64,000 bases of DNA from Geosiphon pyriformis uo1 (GCA_016748015.1 JAAOMT010000302.1:124001-188000), one strand, 5' to 3'; positions 38,524-50,730 are shown, counted from the first letter of the stretch. Notes: a model not told the origin generated them from the sequence alone. Numbers and translations are program-made.

Positions 38524-39936
38524 TCAAGCAGACCTTGATAATTGGCAGAAAAGAATTTTGAGTTTTGGGTCTGCAGCTTTGTTTCCAGCTGCTGAGGCTT
38601 TGTGATAGCATTTGATGGCTTCGTGCAAATCACGTAATATCCCTTTTCCCACGGAATAAGAATCTGCCAAATACAGACTGCCTTGACTATGACCGTTCCA
38701 TGTTGATCTCAAGTACCAATAAGCTGCCTTTCTGTCGTCTTTTTTGTTCTGTTCTGCTGTGGAAAAACTATAGCCTAAGTAGTTCAAAAGAGGCCTGGAT
38801 CAAAATTTCATCTTGAAATAAAATTAACCTAAACAAGAATAAATTAAATACCATAGGAACACTGTCCCGAGCCATTTCCTCCTAATGCAGATTTTGTGTA
38901 CCATTCAAAAGCTTTTCTAGCATCCTTATCACATGCAATGCCATGTCGATAAAAATACCCTGAATTGGGAAATTTTGTCAATTAAATCTGTAAATTATAA
39001 TTAAAAAACATAGAAATCGAAATATGTGCCTATATTGTTCTGGCCTTGAGAGTTTCCCGCTTCAGCAGACTTTGTATACCAATAAAATGCTTTCGTTTTA
39101 TCTTTCTTTGTACCAATCCCTCTGTCATAGCAAAAGCCCTTCAAATTTTATGAACGTATTTAAGAATTGAGATTTTGAAATTAGATTAAAATATATAAAA
39201 TATTCGACATAAATAACAGATTGAAAAGAAAATGCTCATACAAGATTACACTGTCCATCACTATCACCTCCCATAGCAGATTTCCCATACCAAAGAAACG
39301 ATTTAGCTTCATCTTTTTCAACCCCAATTCCGTTTCGATAAGCGTATCCCAGCTTAAACTGAGCTACTAAATCACCTCCAAATGCCGATTTCTCATACCA
39401 ATAGAAAGATTTAGGCCTATCTTTCGGACACCCAATACCTTTTTCGTAGCAATATCCAAGATTATATTGGCCTGTTGTATGCCCATTCTGAGCAGATTGG
39501 GAGTACCAATAAAAAGCCGAATCAGAATTTTTTCTCACGCCAATTCCATCTCTGTAACAATATGCCAAAAAGTTCTGTCCATATTTGCAATTTTTTTCAG
39601 CCGCTTTTTTGAAATACTCGTATGCCGTTTCACTGTTAAATTCAGTGCCAATACCAAATTCATGACAGAAGCCAAGAAGACAGATAAACAAGGTTTCCCT
39701 TTGGGGATGCAAAGTATTTAGTTCAACATGATTTTCTTTCTCAGTTAAATTAACTTCGGCTAAAAGTGAGCTGAAAAAATCGGTAGTAGGGCAATTCAAC
39801 TCTGCGAGATTGGAGTTGAGTTCTGTAACCATTTTTTCAAAGTATTCTCCGCGCATTATCGCATTGTGAAATATTTGTAATTCTTGTTCAACTATTGAAT
39901 CATTCTTTGGACAAACTGATGATAATGATGATGATG

Positions 39937-39971
<35 letters not shown>

Positions 39972-40303
39972 ACATCTTCATCTGAAACTTCGATATTGGC
40001 AATTTGTTTTAGGGCTGGTAAAATGGGTAACTCCCCTAAACTTGGATGAGCAAAATCACAATCTGGTTCCAAGAATAGCTTATATTCAAAAATTTTTACA
40101 TGTAAACGAATTTTTGCTTCAAAGAATTGTGGGATATAAGTTGAATTAATCAAAACTTTTCATACCTTCTGGTGTGATAGCGGATGAACTTCCTTATTAA
40201 ACTGCAGGGTTTCAACAATAGGTGATTTTTGCCCGTTTACATCCATATCACTGTCAATATGACGAGCCCTTTTCTTCGTTAAAGTATGTTTTATAGTTGA
40301 CAT
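38524..40303 (-). CDS. Sel1-repeat protein 8 (8 repeats, 5 exons, poly-Ser tract)
   Basis: Exons 40303-40166, 40078-39242, 39138-39030, 38959-38852 and 38774-38524 join in frame (one GC-AG intron required); last repeat RDLHEAIKCY. Confidence 0.82.
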
Positions 40304-42049
40304 TTTTAACAATCCAAGATTTTCAGTAAATTAAAACCCTCGAAATCTAGAAAAAGTTGAAGAAAAATGAATTTTGCTTCGCATGAGCCTGCAGATATAT
40401 TAGAAATAGGAAGGTGTTTTGCGTGCTATTTGATCGAAGGATTGGTTGTTTGTTGATTGTGAATCATTAGGATGCAAACTTATGCATTTCGAGGATCAGT
40501 ACGGACATATTATTGTGGAATTGTTTATATAGCTAATTGAACAATCACGCCATTCAATGTAACCTGACTTATTTTAATTTTCAGTTCCGATCGAACACAT
40601 AAAATTAACCAATGACCTAACTTAAAAAAAAAGGTTCATATAAAATTTTCATGTCAAATTTCAGAAAATTTGTAAATTAAAACAATTTGAAAATATTTTA
40701 TTTTAAGTTAAAAAGCTGTAGTTTGCTAATATTCATATCAATAAAATTTTTTTTGAATTCAATATTTTACACATAATTTTAAAATTTCTTACATCAATTA
40801 ACTTCAAATTATTGCAGATGCCCAAAAATATTATAATGTGAAAGCTAGAATTTTCTATAAATAGTATTAAAGCTTTGATGTATTCATATATTTTGATAAA
40901 TTTTTCAAAAACTGGTTTAATAAATGTCATGTTTTTCAGTATAATGCTAAAGATATTATTTTTAATAATCATTACACTGACCAAGGCTAAAATACTTGTT
41001 TTATCTGTGATCTGTGATTGACCCCCCGAAGCTGACTCCTTAAAAATTAACAACAAAGAACAATAAATAAAATAACAATATCGAACTTTCAAATCCTTAT
41101 TTGATTGTTAATTAAAATAAAGTTCTAATTCGACATCGAGAATATAAATAATAAATTTGGGCAATCATTAAGGGCAAAAGAAACATGAAATATCAAAACC
41201 GGTGAAAAATTTAGCACATCAGCCAATCAATATCTCTCAATGAAACATATTTCTGTTTTCCAAGAATTTTTGCTCCTTTTCTTAATCGATTTAACATTTC
41301 GCAGCTATCTCGTGAAAAAGGCTGAAATTAGTTTTTTTTTGCATTGTTTCTATTTAAAGCTGGGATCGTTGCAATTATCTGCATCTTATAATGTAATAGT
41401 TTAACTAAGGGGTGAAAAATTGTTTAACCTTTTGGTGCTCTACTGTGCTTTTGGGAGATAGCGAGAATTCCAATCTCGCCTTTTTGGGTAGTGAATTCAA
41501 AAAAAAAAAAATAAAGATTTCAGAAATAGAGTTTGTTTAATAGATTTTACTATATCTTTGTGTTTCCAAGAATTTATTTCAAGGTTTTGGATATTAAATG
41601 TACATAATCGCTATCTTACGAATTTTATAATTGCGCATCACATTTACGCCAGCCGATTCGATATCGAAAAAGAAACCCTCTATGAAAGCTGTTCTTAATG
41701 GTAAAATGGTTATGCCATTTCAAGATTCAAAATGATAACGAGTTACGTTCCCCAAATATAGCCATTGAGAAGTTCAAAAATTACCAATTTAATTTAATTA
41801 TGAAATCCATAGTTTCATCCAATTTGTAGGAATAAATGATTGAAATCCAAATTAAATTGACAATTTACTAAGAGCAACATTGTATTTTGCAGAATATTTT
41901 TCTTTCAAAAAAAATATGAGCTCCAAAATTCCCTATTTCAAATTTTGTGGCAAAAAGATAGGTTTATCTTTTAAACAAACTAGAATTATATTGATCTTGA
42001 TATTTTTTGAATAGGAAACCAAATTTATAAAGAATATTTCTGGAGTCAA

Positions 42050-43600
42050 AATTCCTAATGAAAACGTTCAGTGTTATTTACTTCCTATCTTCTTGGTCAA
42101 GATCTATAAATTTGAGAGTATCAGTAATTATTGGAATTAGAAATATTTGATTTCATTTACACTACATCAACCTTTCAAAACTTTACTGATTCACGTCAAT
42201 CAATTTTATAATTTGAAATATTCTTGAGTAAAGAAGAGCACTATTGAAAAGATATATATATGCTTATTCAACTCTTTAAATTGATGCTATATCTGTTTTT
42301 TAAACCAAAATCGCTTATAAGTATTCAAAAATGAAATTGGTGTTCAAAATCAAATGAGCACCTTTGGATAATTTTACTCTTTTGATTAAGGAAGATTTTA
42401 TTTTGAGAATTGATAAATTAAGCTGACTTAATATGTTGGTAAGTTATAAACATAAGTTTTGTCATTTTGGAATTTTTGATTGATAAGTATTTTGGAAAAT
42501 CTGCCATATTGAATTAACGGAGAGCGCCCAACACAAATAGGAGGTAGTTGTCACACATGAGAACTGATTTCTCTCACCAAACCTCAATGGTTTGTTTCAT
42601 CATTCAAAACCAAGTTTTTTGCAAATTGAGTCAAATCTTCATATCATAGCCCCTTATTCCCGTTGAAATCCAAAACTTCCCAAGTAGTAACTCCTAAGGG
42701 AACACAAGTTGGACAAAAAGATTAATGAGAGATTGCAGAAATACTTGCTTCAAACTTCATTGACGAAAAGTTCCAAGTCAAACATGAGGAAAAGCTAGAA
42801 TTGATGCTTTTAGGCAGTGGCTGTAGCGGAATGTGAATCATTTGAAGTTTACTTTAATCAATACCTGGGAGTTTTTGGATTGAACCCACCAAATAAGAAA
42901 AAGCAGATGGAGTCTCATTTGACTACAATATATCCACATTTTTTGGTAAGAAAACTAGTCATTTGACCTTTAAATGATCCAATTTCAGATGGGGATCGAT
43001 AGTTAAGAGATCAATATGTTTGACCTAGGTGATGAAGTAATGTTAGCTATGACGAGATTGTTGGGCTCTATGGTGGTGCGACAGATTTGTGATTAAACAG
43101 TTAGATTAACAATTGAGAAATTTAAAGGAGTTTAGCTATTGGGAAGGATTTTTAAGGTATTTGACGTCGAAAATATTGATAAGATTTCTAAATGGAAAAA
43201 GATGCTAATTTGACTTTAAACTCGTACTTCTTATCAATTCTATTTATTAAAAATGGCTCGATTGGTTCAAATATGAGTTTTAAATATGGGTGGTGCTTAC
43301 TCTGAAATGAAGCTATAAAGATTTTCCTTTCAAAAATATTTAGCCATATCACATGAAGAAGTTATAATATCGATCCTTAACAATGTAGAATCTACAAGTG
43401 ATCATTTTTTTTTAACTCTTGGTGGTTTCGTTTTGGTTACCCAGTTGTGGATCGAAATACAGTGCATGAGAACCTTTTTGAGTATGCGGGAAATATCAAG
43501 AAATGGTTAAAGGAAAATAAAATACGACTATCAACTGGCCAGCGAATTCGCTCATTTTGAATCGGGTGTTACTTTTTGAGGGTACTTTACAGTCAACTTT
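42050..43600 (+). pseudogene. Possible F-box protein pseudogene
   Basis: KIPNE...SYLLGQDL...SISNYWN across frameshifts resembles an F-box motif, followed by ~1.4 kb of stop-riddled, coding-like sequence. Confidence 0.35.
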
Positions 43601-45898
43601 TTAATTCAGATTTCGTAAATATGAAATTTAAGAGGTTGCTTGAAAAAAAATTTGCTAAAGTATAATTCTATAAATCTTTTTTATTTTCAAGTATTTTTTC
43701 AGAAAAAGCGTGAATTTTAACCATTTATACAAATTTCTAGTTCGAATCAAAAAAAAAAAAAAATGTATATTTTGATATTGGAGCTGGTGAATAAAAAATA
43801 AAACGGATAAGGCTTGGATATGATTATCGGTCCTATATATATGACTTTGATCGTGAAAAAAAAACTTTTTCAAGGTGTGCTCAGAATTTTTTATAAACAT
43901 TGACGAAACATTTTTTTTGGAAAGTGATTGTCTAAATTCAAACTTTTATCTTTAATAATTTTTAAAAAAGTTATTTATATCAAATTAGAAAGTTGGTGGT
44001 GAATCAATGGGCTCAAAAATAAATTTCATTTCTATAGATTAACAACGTTGGTTAAATATATTTTAAGATGTATTTTTTTCTGTAAAAAACCGTTTTTGAA
44101 TGTTTAAATAACTAAAAATGTTGAATTGCCAAAAGATATAATGTATAAATCGTAGTTATTAATTAAACGTTTCAACATTCGATCAAAATTCGACACTCTT
44201 AGGAACTGTTGCGAGATTTTATTAAATTAATTTAATTATATTTACTTTTTTCATTTTATCCTTTATAAGTATCTTTGGAACATATTTGGTACTTTTATAA
44301 TAGAAAACTGAGTTTATCTTTAATAAAAGTGAGAGCTTTAAATTTATTTAAGTAGATTATTCCTTTCAAGATGAAATTTCAATAAGTTTTTGATTTCATT
44401 GAGGCTGTAGAGATTTTATCAGTATAAATGTAGTTTACTATTCGAAATAAAAAATATTCAATTTTCTTGAAAGATCTAAGGTTTACACAATTTGAAATTG
44501 GAAAGATCTTAGAGAATAAAGCTTTTTTTTTTAAAAAAAAAAAAAAAAAAGAAGAGATTTAAAAGTTAAAAATTATCAAATATTTTTATAGGAAAATACA
44601 AATTAAAACATTGACTATACAAAGATGAATTTTTGTAAAAAAAAAAAAAATTATTTTAAAGCTAGGTTTTAATTCACTTGCGTACTTGAAGATAAAACCT
44701 TTACTTTTTCGAAACCAATTAAATGTAAACACTATCTTTGTCAGAAAGTCATTATTTTAGAATTAAACTTAACTTCTCTAAATTTTAATCATATAAAAAA
44801 AAGGAAAAAATACATAGAAAATAATAGTAATAGAAAATTTTTTTATATGGGTGATTGAACTTTCTCAAAAAATTCCAATGAAAGTATTTGTTATTAATAA
44901 TACTCAGGTAAATCTTTGATCAATAATTATTTTCCTGATACACGTAAAACAATAAAATGAAAATCTATTTACTTATTTATATTTTAAAAAGCCGAAGGAT
45001 TCCGTCAATAGGAATTATTTTCATCCATGAATATGTTTACAAGTTTTTCAAAGACTGTTTTACAAACCAAAATACAGATAAAAAATATAGCCTCTAATAA
45101 ATCAGATAGGAAACAAAATTATTTATATTTGAAACAAAAAAGTTATTGCGTTTCTTGTAATACCAGTTAGAATAAACGTTTTTAATATAATTAAGTTACC
45201 TTAGTCTGTCAGTTTTAATATTGACCTTTGATTTGTTGATAAATGCACAATATATATTTGTTTCAAATTCATATTGAAATACCTGCACATCCTAAAAAAA
45301 AATTTTCCTCCAGATAACTGATATAGGCTTACAAAAGAGTCATGATTTATATTTTTTAATTTTTGTCAAAATCTAAAATATATATTGCGTTTAGAGTTAG
45401 TAGTTTCTATGATGGTTTTGCAAATTAAAACTGAAACGTAATCAAATCATTTTTCAACATTGAACAAGTAAAGACATGTAGAACGAAATTTTTAGGCTTT
45501 TATTTCAAATTTCATTTGGTATTGAATCTCTGAAAAAAAAATTTTTTTTTTCAGATATCAAAAGATTTTCAGTATTTTGAAAAACTTCTGACAAACGTTA
45601 AAGGCTTAAGCTATATGCATCATTTCATCATTTTACTCTCTCCGACACTAGAATCTTGTTTTGAATTTTATCATAGGCGTTAAAATTGTATTAATTTTCA
45701 CACGATCCATTCTAGGATTAAAAAAGTTTGGGACAAATTCTTTTCATTTCTCATAAACTTTGAAGATTAAAAATAGAAAAGATCGTAAAGAGAAAAAAAG
45801 AATTTCTGATATCTATTTCCAAGATGAAACACTTTCTTGCATTGACATATATTATTGAAACCTACATGAATACAGTTAATTATCCACGTTGAGGTAAC

Positions 45899-46440
45899 CC
45901 TAGCCAATCGTATTTAGTCGCGGCGCTCTCTTATACTAAGGGGCTATTCTATAACTTCTCTCCCCAAATTGTATAAGCACCTGCCCACCAGCAGAGTTCA
46001 TAGAAAAGAAGATATTCCTTATATTTCGAGCATCATTTATATCACAATTCTAATGAGTTTTTGAAAATCAAAGAAAAGGAAATACAAAATGAGAAATTCC
46101 CCAAAAGGTTTTCAATAGAAAACAAACACTTTCCAGACATGTATTTGGACTGACCACCCATCACATAATGAACAAATATTGCTTGTCTGAAATTTCTCTA
46201 CTAACCGTACCCAACACCTCTTTCTCAATTCCATTCCCAAGTGGTCACCATTATCTTTTTATAAAAGTAATATTGTATCCCTTTACATAGTTAATAATCA
46301 ATTTCCTTCCCATGCGAAATCAATGTCTTGTGCCATGAAATCTTAGAAGAGTATGCATATGGTGAAGATAATGTTCATAAGCAGCATATCTGTTAAAATA
46401 AATTAATATATTTACTTTGAAAAATGATTCCAGCTTGAGA
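45899..46440 (-). mobile_element. Fanzor1-family relic, copy E
   Basis: HHMHTLLRFHGTRH; ELRKRCWVRLVEKFQTSNICSLCDG; intron remnant; NCDINDARNIRNIFFSMNSAGGQV; tail ends GATTGGCTAGG. Confidence 0.82.
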
Positions 46441-46909
46441 ATATCATTATTTTGTTAAGCAATGAATCACATTTTTCTTATCTTTGTCATTTACCGCCAC
46501 AAAAAAATTCTTCCAAATCTTTATGAATGTTCAAGGGATGGAAATTACTCTTTTCATCAAATTCATACATTGTTGAGATTTGTAAAATTCATAAATAAAC
46601 AATGGTGGGATGATTTTAATACTTTCTATGAAAATGGTTCCATTTTATCAATCAACAAAAAAATAATAATCTGTAAATTCTTTATTTGTTAAAATTTAAT
46701 TAATTGAAAATATTTCACTGAGAGAATTTCTGTAATCAATTTTATGTTTCAAAATTCTTTTATTAAATTTGATAAGATACTATCTTCTTGAATCAAAACT
46801 TATTAAATTGATCCATGATTCAGCATTTTCAATTTTTTTTCGGGAAAATTAATTTTTCTCTTGTATACCAGATTGCTATCATTTCAAAAATTTCTCGAGG
46901 AAAAATAAT

Positions 46910-47125
46910 AAGAGGTCTCGAATATGGTTTGTGGTTTAAAGGACGTCAGGGATTTTGGTCAGTTTTGTAAATGTTTCTCATTTCATAGACACACACTGAA
47001 ATCATGATGTAAATGCTGCTCGAAATATAAAAATATCTTCTTGTCTATGAACTCTACTGGTGCCCCATAAGACGGATTTTATCCTCCGCTCGGGGGATGT
47101 GAAGTTTACAGTCCGGTGATTGGCT
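46910..47125 (+). mobile_element. Fanzor1-family relic, copy F
   Basis: TTTCATAG acceptor; H*NHDVNAARNIK; TATGAACTCTACTGGTG; CATAAGACGG...CCTCC...GGGGATGTGAAGTTTACAGT...GATTGGCT. Confidence 0.78.
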
Positions 47126-48513
47126 TCTTCATCATCATCATCATATCTAAATTTAATAAACACGCGTGATTAGATTTTTGACACCATAATAAATAACATA
47201 GAATATTCTTGAATTCCAATAAATCTCGGCTAGATCATATTCCTATCACTTCTTATGCTGATGGGTCTGAAGACGTGTAGATGATTTGCCTTTCTTAGAA
47301 ATTCCATTTTGTTTCATACGATTTTCTCAAAATAATTAATAAGAAAAATTATAAAACGTTTATACCCCAAACAATCTCCAAAAAGTTTTTGCAATAATCA
47401 GGATTGTTACATCATAATTATCATATATATTAAAAACCCCAATCCTCCCAATTCATAAACTCTTTTCAACCCGAAAAAGAGTCGGTCATCGCGGGTATCC
47501 ATGCATGATATTTGTTCACCTGTCATGCATATGATCATCGTTTTTGGCTCACAAAGATTAACGGCCATACACCCAAATAAAATCAAAAGAGTGAAAATTA
47601 TAAAGTTATAGATTGAACGGGAAAATTCTGCTATTTCGTTGTTGCTGTTGTTGTGTGTTGTTGTTGTTGTTGTTTCGTTTAATTATTTAACAAAGTTTCC
47701 ACTTGATCACTTTCCCATTCTTTTCTTCGACAAGGGTCATTCTTTCCATTTATAGCCCGGATGTCCGAGTTTATATAGATTTTAATCATTAGTTATTTCT
47801 TTAAATAGTGTTTAAATTACCAAAGGACAATATATATAAACTTTCTATTCTTTTTTTGATCTCTTTTATAAATATTCTCCTACGTACATCTGCAAAATAT
47901 AAGTTATCTGGTTTTTAGTATTTACCACGACAACGTTGGCTGGTCCAATTTTTTGTGTGTATATACCTTTACACCTCGTGTGTAATGTTATCTTTTCATA
48001 ATTCATCAATAAGTTTATCGACAATATCTTTCGCCACAGTTTCCATTAAAGTTGAAACTCTTTTCCGATTCTGTCTCCTTGGTTTTTTCAACGTGGGGAA
48101 GAATTGATTTTCATCAGTCGTTTCCTTTTTCTCTAGAGTCTTTCTAAAAAATAAATTCTCACCCTCACCCTCACTCTCACTCTCACTCTCACATAACAAA
48201 ACCCCTTCTCTTGCTGTAATCAAAAGATTACTCTCCTTGCTCGGTTTGACCGGTTCAAACTTTTGCAAAAGGAAAAAGAATCGAAACGTTATAAGAAGGC
48301 GGCCTTTAGCGCTAGCTACTAATTGATGCGATAAACTCTAAAGAGAAACGATATATTAACAAAGTACAACCATACCCCAAAGCAATTGTGGTTGTTGGAA
48401 TTTACAAACCGAAATCTCAAATTTTTAACTACAAATCCAAAGGAAGGCTTACCTGTTCTAAAACAGAACAGGTTTATTTTTTGACCATTCTTGAGCTTTT
48501 ATTAAAAAAGACG

Positions 48514-49892
48514 ATGATTTATCAAAATTCAGCTCGTTACGCAGTCGCTATTATATCAATTTTATTCATTGTAGGTGTTATAATTTAGAAATAAAAAAAT
48601 TTAGTTTCTTCTTTTTCAACCAAGTAACCCGGTCGAATCATTTCTTTTATTAGTCATGGTGCACTTTAATATCTGTTCGTACTTTTCTAAAAAATAATGG
48701 TGAGCATTTTCAACATTGTCACTGGAAAATTTAAATCAAAAAGTTAATAATCTAACTCTCAATCACAAAATTACAGAAGTCGTATACCACTTGTCAGGTT
48801 TTTATCTGTTGGTTTATGCGGCAATATATACTATTTTTGCACCTTTTGGTGTTGCCGGGATTCTTGGTGCTTTACACGTGAGTTAATTTGATTTTTTAAT
48901 GATTACTTTAGTTCAAGTTAATTTAAAATCTCACTCGTCCTAATTTTTTTAAACCAGCGAAAGAAGACATTGATTCGAGGGTTTCTTTATCAATATTGGG
49001 TCGGTTTAATCCTGTTCACTGCTATTAACATTGTTAATGTACTCTTGGCACATAAGTGGGAACAAAAAACACGTCTTTCTTGTCAACAAGATAACCACAG
49101 CGATGCGTTTTGTGCAAAAAAAGTAAAAGACACACAATTAGCCAGTCTTGTATTTACCTCTATGCAAAGCATTACAATGGTGAGTTTCTTTCTATTCTTT
49201 GGGTGATCTTATTTAATATAAAGTGGCGATTCTACATGTTAATTTTTTTCAAAATCGATTAGGGAATTTGTGGGATTATTTTGCTCATTTGTGGCAGGCG
49301 TGAATTCCAAGATATTAAAATCGACGAAGAAACGACTGACCTATTGGAAAAACAAATATTCGCCTCGAAAAACGATAATGGTTTACTTTCTGTACCACAA
49401 AAAGTTTACAGAGAACCAGATGACGCCAAATCTGATTACACGTATTGGAAATCGAATAATTATCCCAACAAAGCTGAGGATTTACTATCTCGCAAACCCA
49501 GTTTTACCTCACATGCTTTGAGCCGTCAGCCTACGAATACAAAAAAAATTAATGTTCAACAAAGCCGAGGTCTAAATCGAAGTGCTACAACTGCAAGTCA
49601 TTATTACAGCACTTATTCAACTCGCAGCGGCCCCCCTATTCAAACAATGAACTTTGGTCCTGTAGCTGTCCCAAAACGCGCTTTTTCCACGCGTACATAT
49701 CAAACACCACATTTTGAACAGAACAGTTTGTATCGTGCAGCTCCAGCGGCAGCGTCAATTCATCAAAAATCTCGGCCGTCGTCACCCAATTTTTTTGAAA
49801 ATAAAGCTCAATGTGACGACTACAATAATTATTGGCAGCCAAAAGTTGCAAAAACGTTGGCCAGCGATCTCACAAGGAAAGGTTTGTACTGA
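48514..49892 (+). CDS. Four-TM (tetraspanin-like topology) membrane protein with disordered C-terminal tail, 5 exons
   Basis: Exons 48514-48570, 48654-48699, 48777-48877, 48958-49179 and 49263-49892 join in frame via GT-AG introns. Four hydrophobic segments; Cys pair in the TM3-TM4 loop; S/T/R/P-rich tail. Confidence 0.8.
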
Positions 49893-50730
49893 AACTGAAT
49901 TCACCTAATGATGGTTTCGGCAAATATTATGTCTCTTTAGATAGTCTGTTAGCTAAAAACTGCTGAAGAACTATAATTCATCCCTAAACGTCGTGTCAGC
50001 TGAACAAATAAAACAAAAAATATCTTTGACACGTCATCCCTTTATCCCTCAAAATGTATTTATAACACTCCATCTCTTGATTATAACAATGTACAGCAAA
50101 CTCATTAACGTCTTGTAACAAAATTATTGAAATGAAAATCTATAAAAGTCAAAGTGTCAAATGATGCAAAAAATATAAAAAAACCCGTGGTTCTATCAAA
50201 AATTAAATTCCACATCAATTTGAGTGACTCAAAATAACCATTAAACCATATCATAAATAATTAAATTTATGCTATTGATAATCTTGAAAAAAACTAAATA
50301 TTGTTCGAGTTTAAAATATTCAGCATCTTTACACATGGCCTTGCATGTAGGCATAAGTTGATTGTAGTTGAATTTCTGAAACACTCCTGCATACATTGAA
50401 GCATCACAGATTGGCTATTTTGCAAATCGCTGAATTGTATATATATTTAACGTCAACTTCAATGACTCACCGATTCAAAAATCATGCAATTTTATTTTTA
50501 GAAAAGATATTGCCAAATTTTTTTTTGCCAAATTTCAGAGTTGTAAAAATTTAAATCGCTTTTAGATTTCAAAAATTGCCCAAATCCCAAAAAGGGAGAA
50601 TAATTCTTGATTTAAGATATTGAACCAATGTTAAATTAAAAGTTTTTTTGTCCAACCCCAATAATAGAAGTCGAAATTATTGTTTTCGAAAAATTACGAA
50701 ATTAATGGAAAAGGCTAATTGAATAAAATT

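Noticed and set aside
8661-39721. Short ORFs overlapping or antisense to Sel1 genes (e.g. 8661-8984, 22203-22547, 31656-32075, 39467-39721)
   Set aside because: Shadow frames of real CDSs with no independent motifs; several use non-ATG starts.
39895-40149. Poly-Met ORF
   Set aside because: Antisense reading of the (TCA)n tract encoding poly-Ser in Sel1 gene 8.
8665-40303. Bacterial origin or contamination of the Sel1 genes
   Set aside because: Three of the genes have spliceosomal introns and all are interleaved with eukaryotic genes in long AT-rich intergenic DNA.
8130-47125. CRISPR array or regularly spaced guide array
   Set aside because: The repeats are dispersed, in both orientations and of variable length, with no repeat-spacer periodicity.
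47996-48268. 90-aa acidic/basic ORF as a gene
   Set aside because: TTG start, no upstream coding exon that I could join, and no recognisable domain; it could be a terminal exon but is unsupported.
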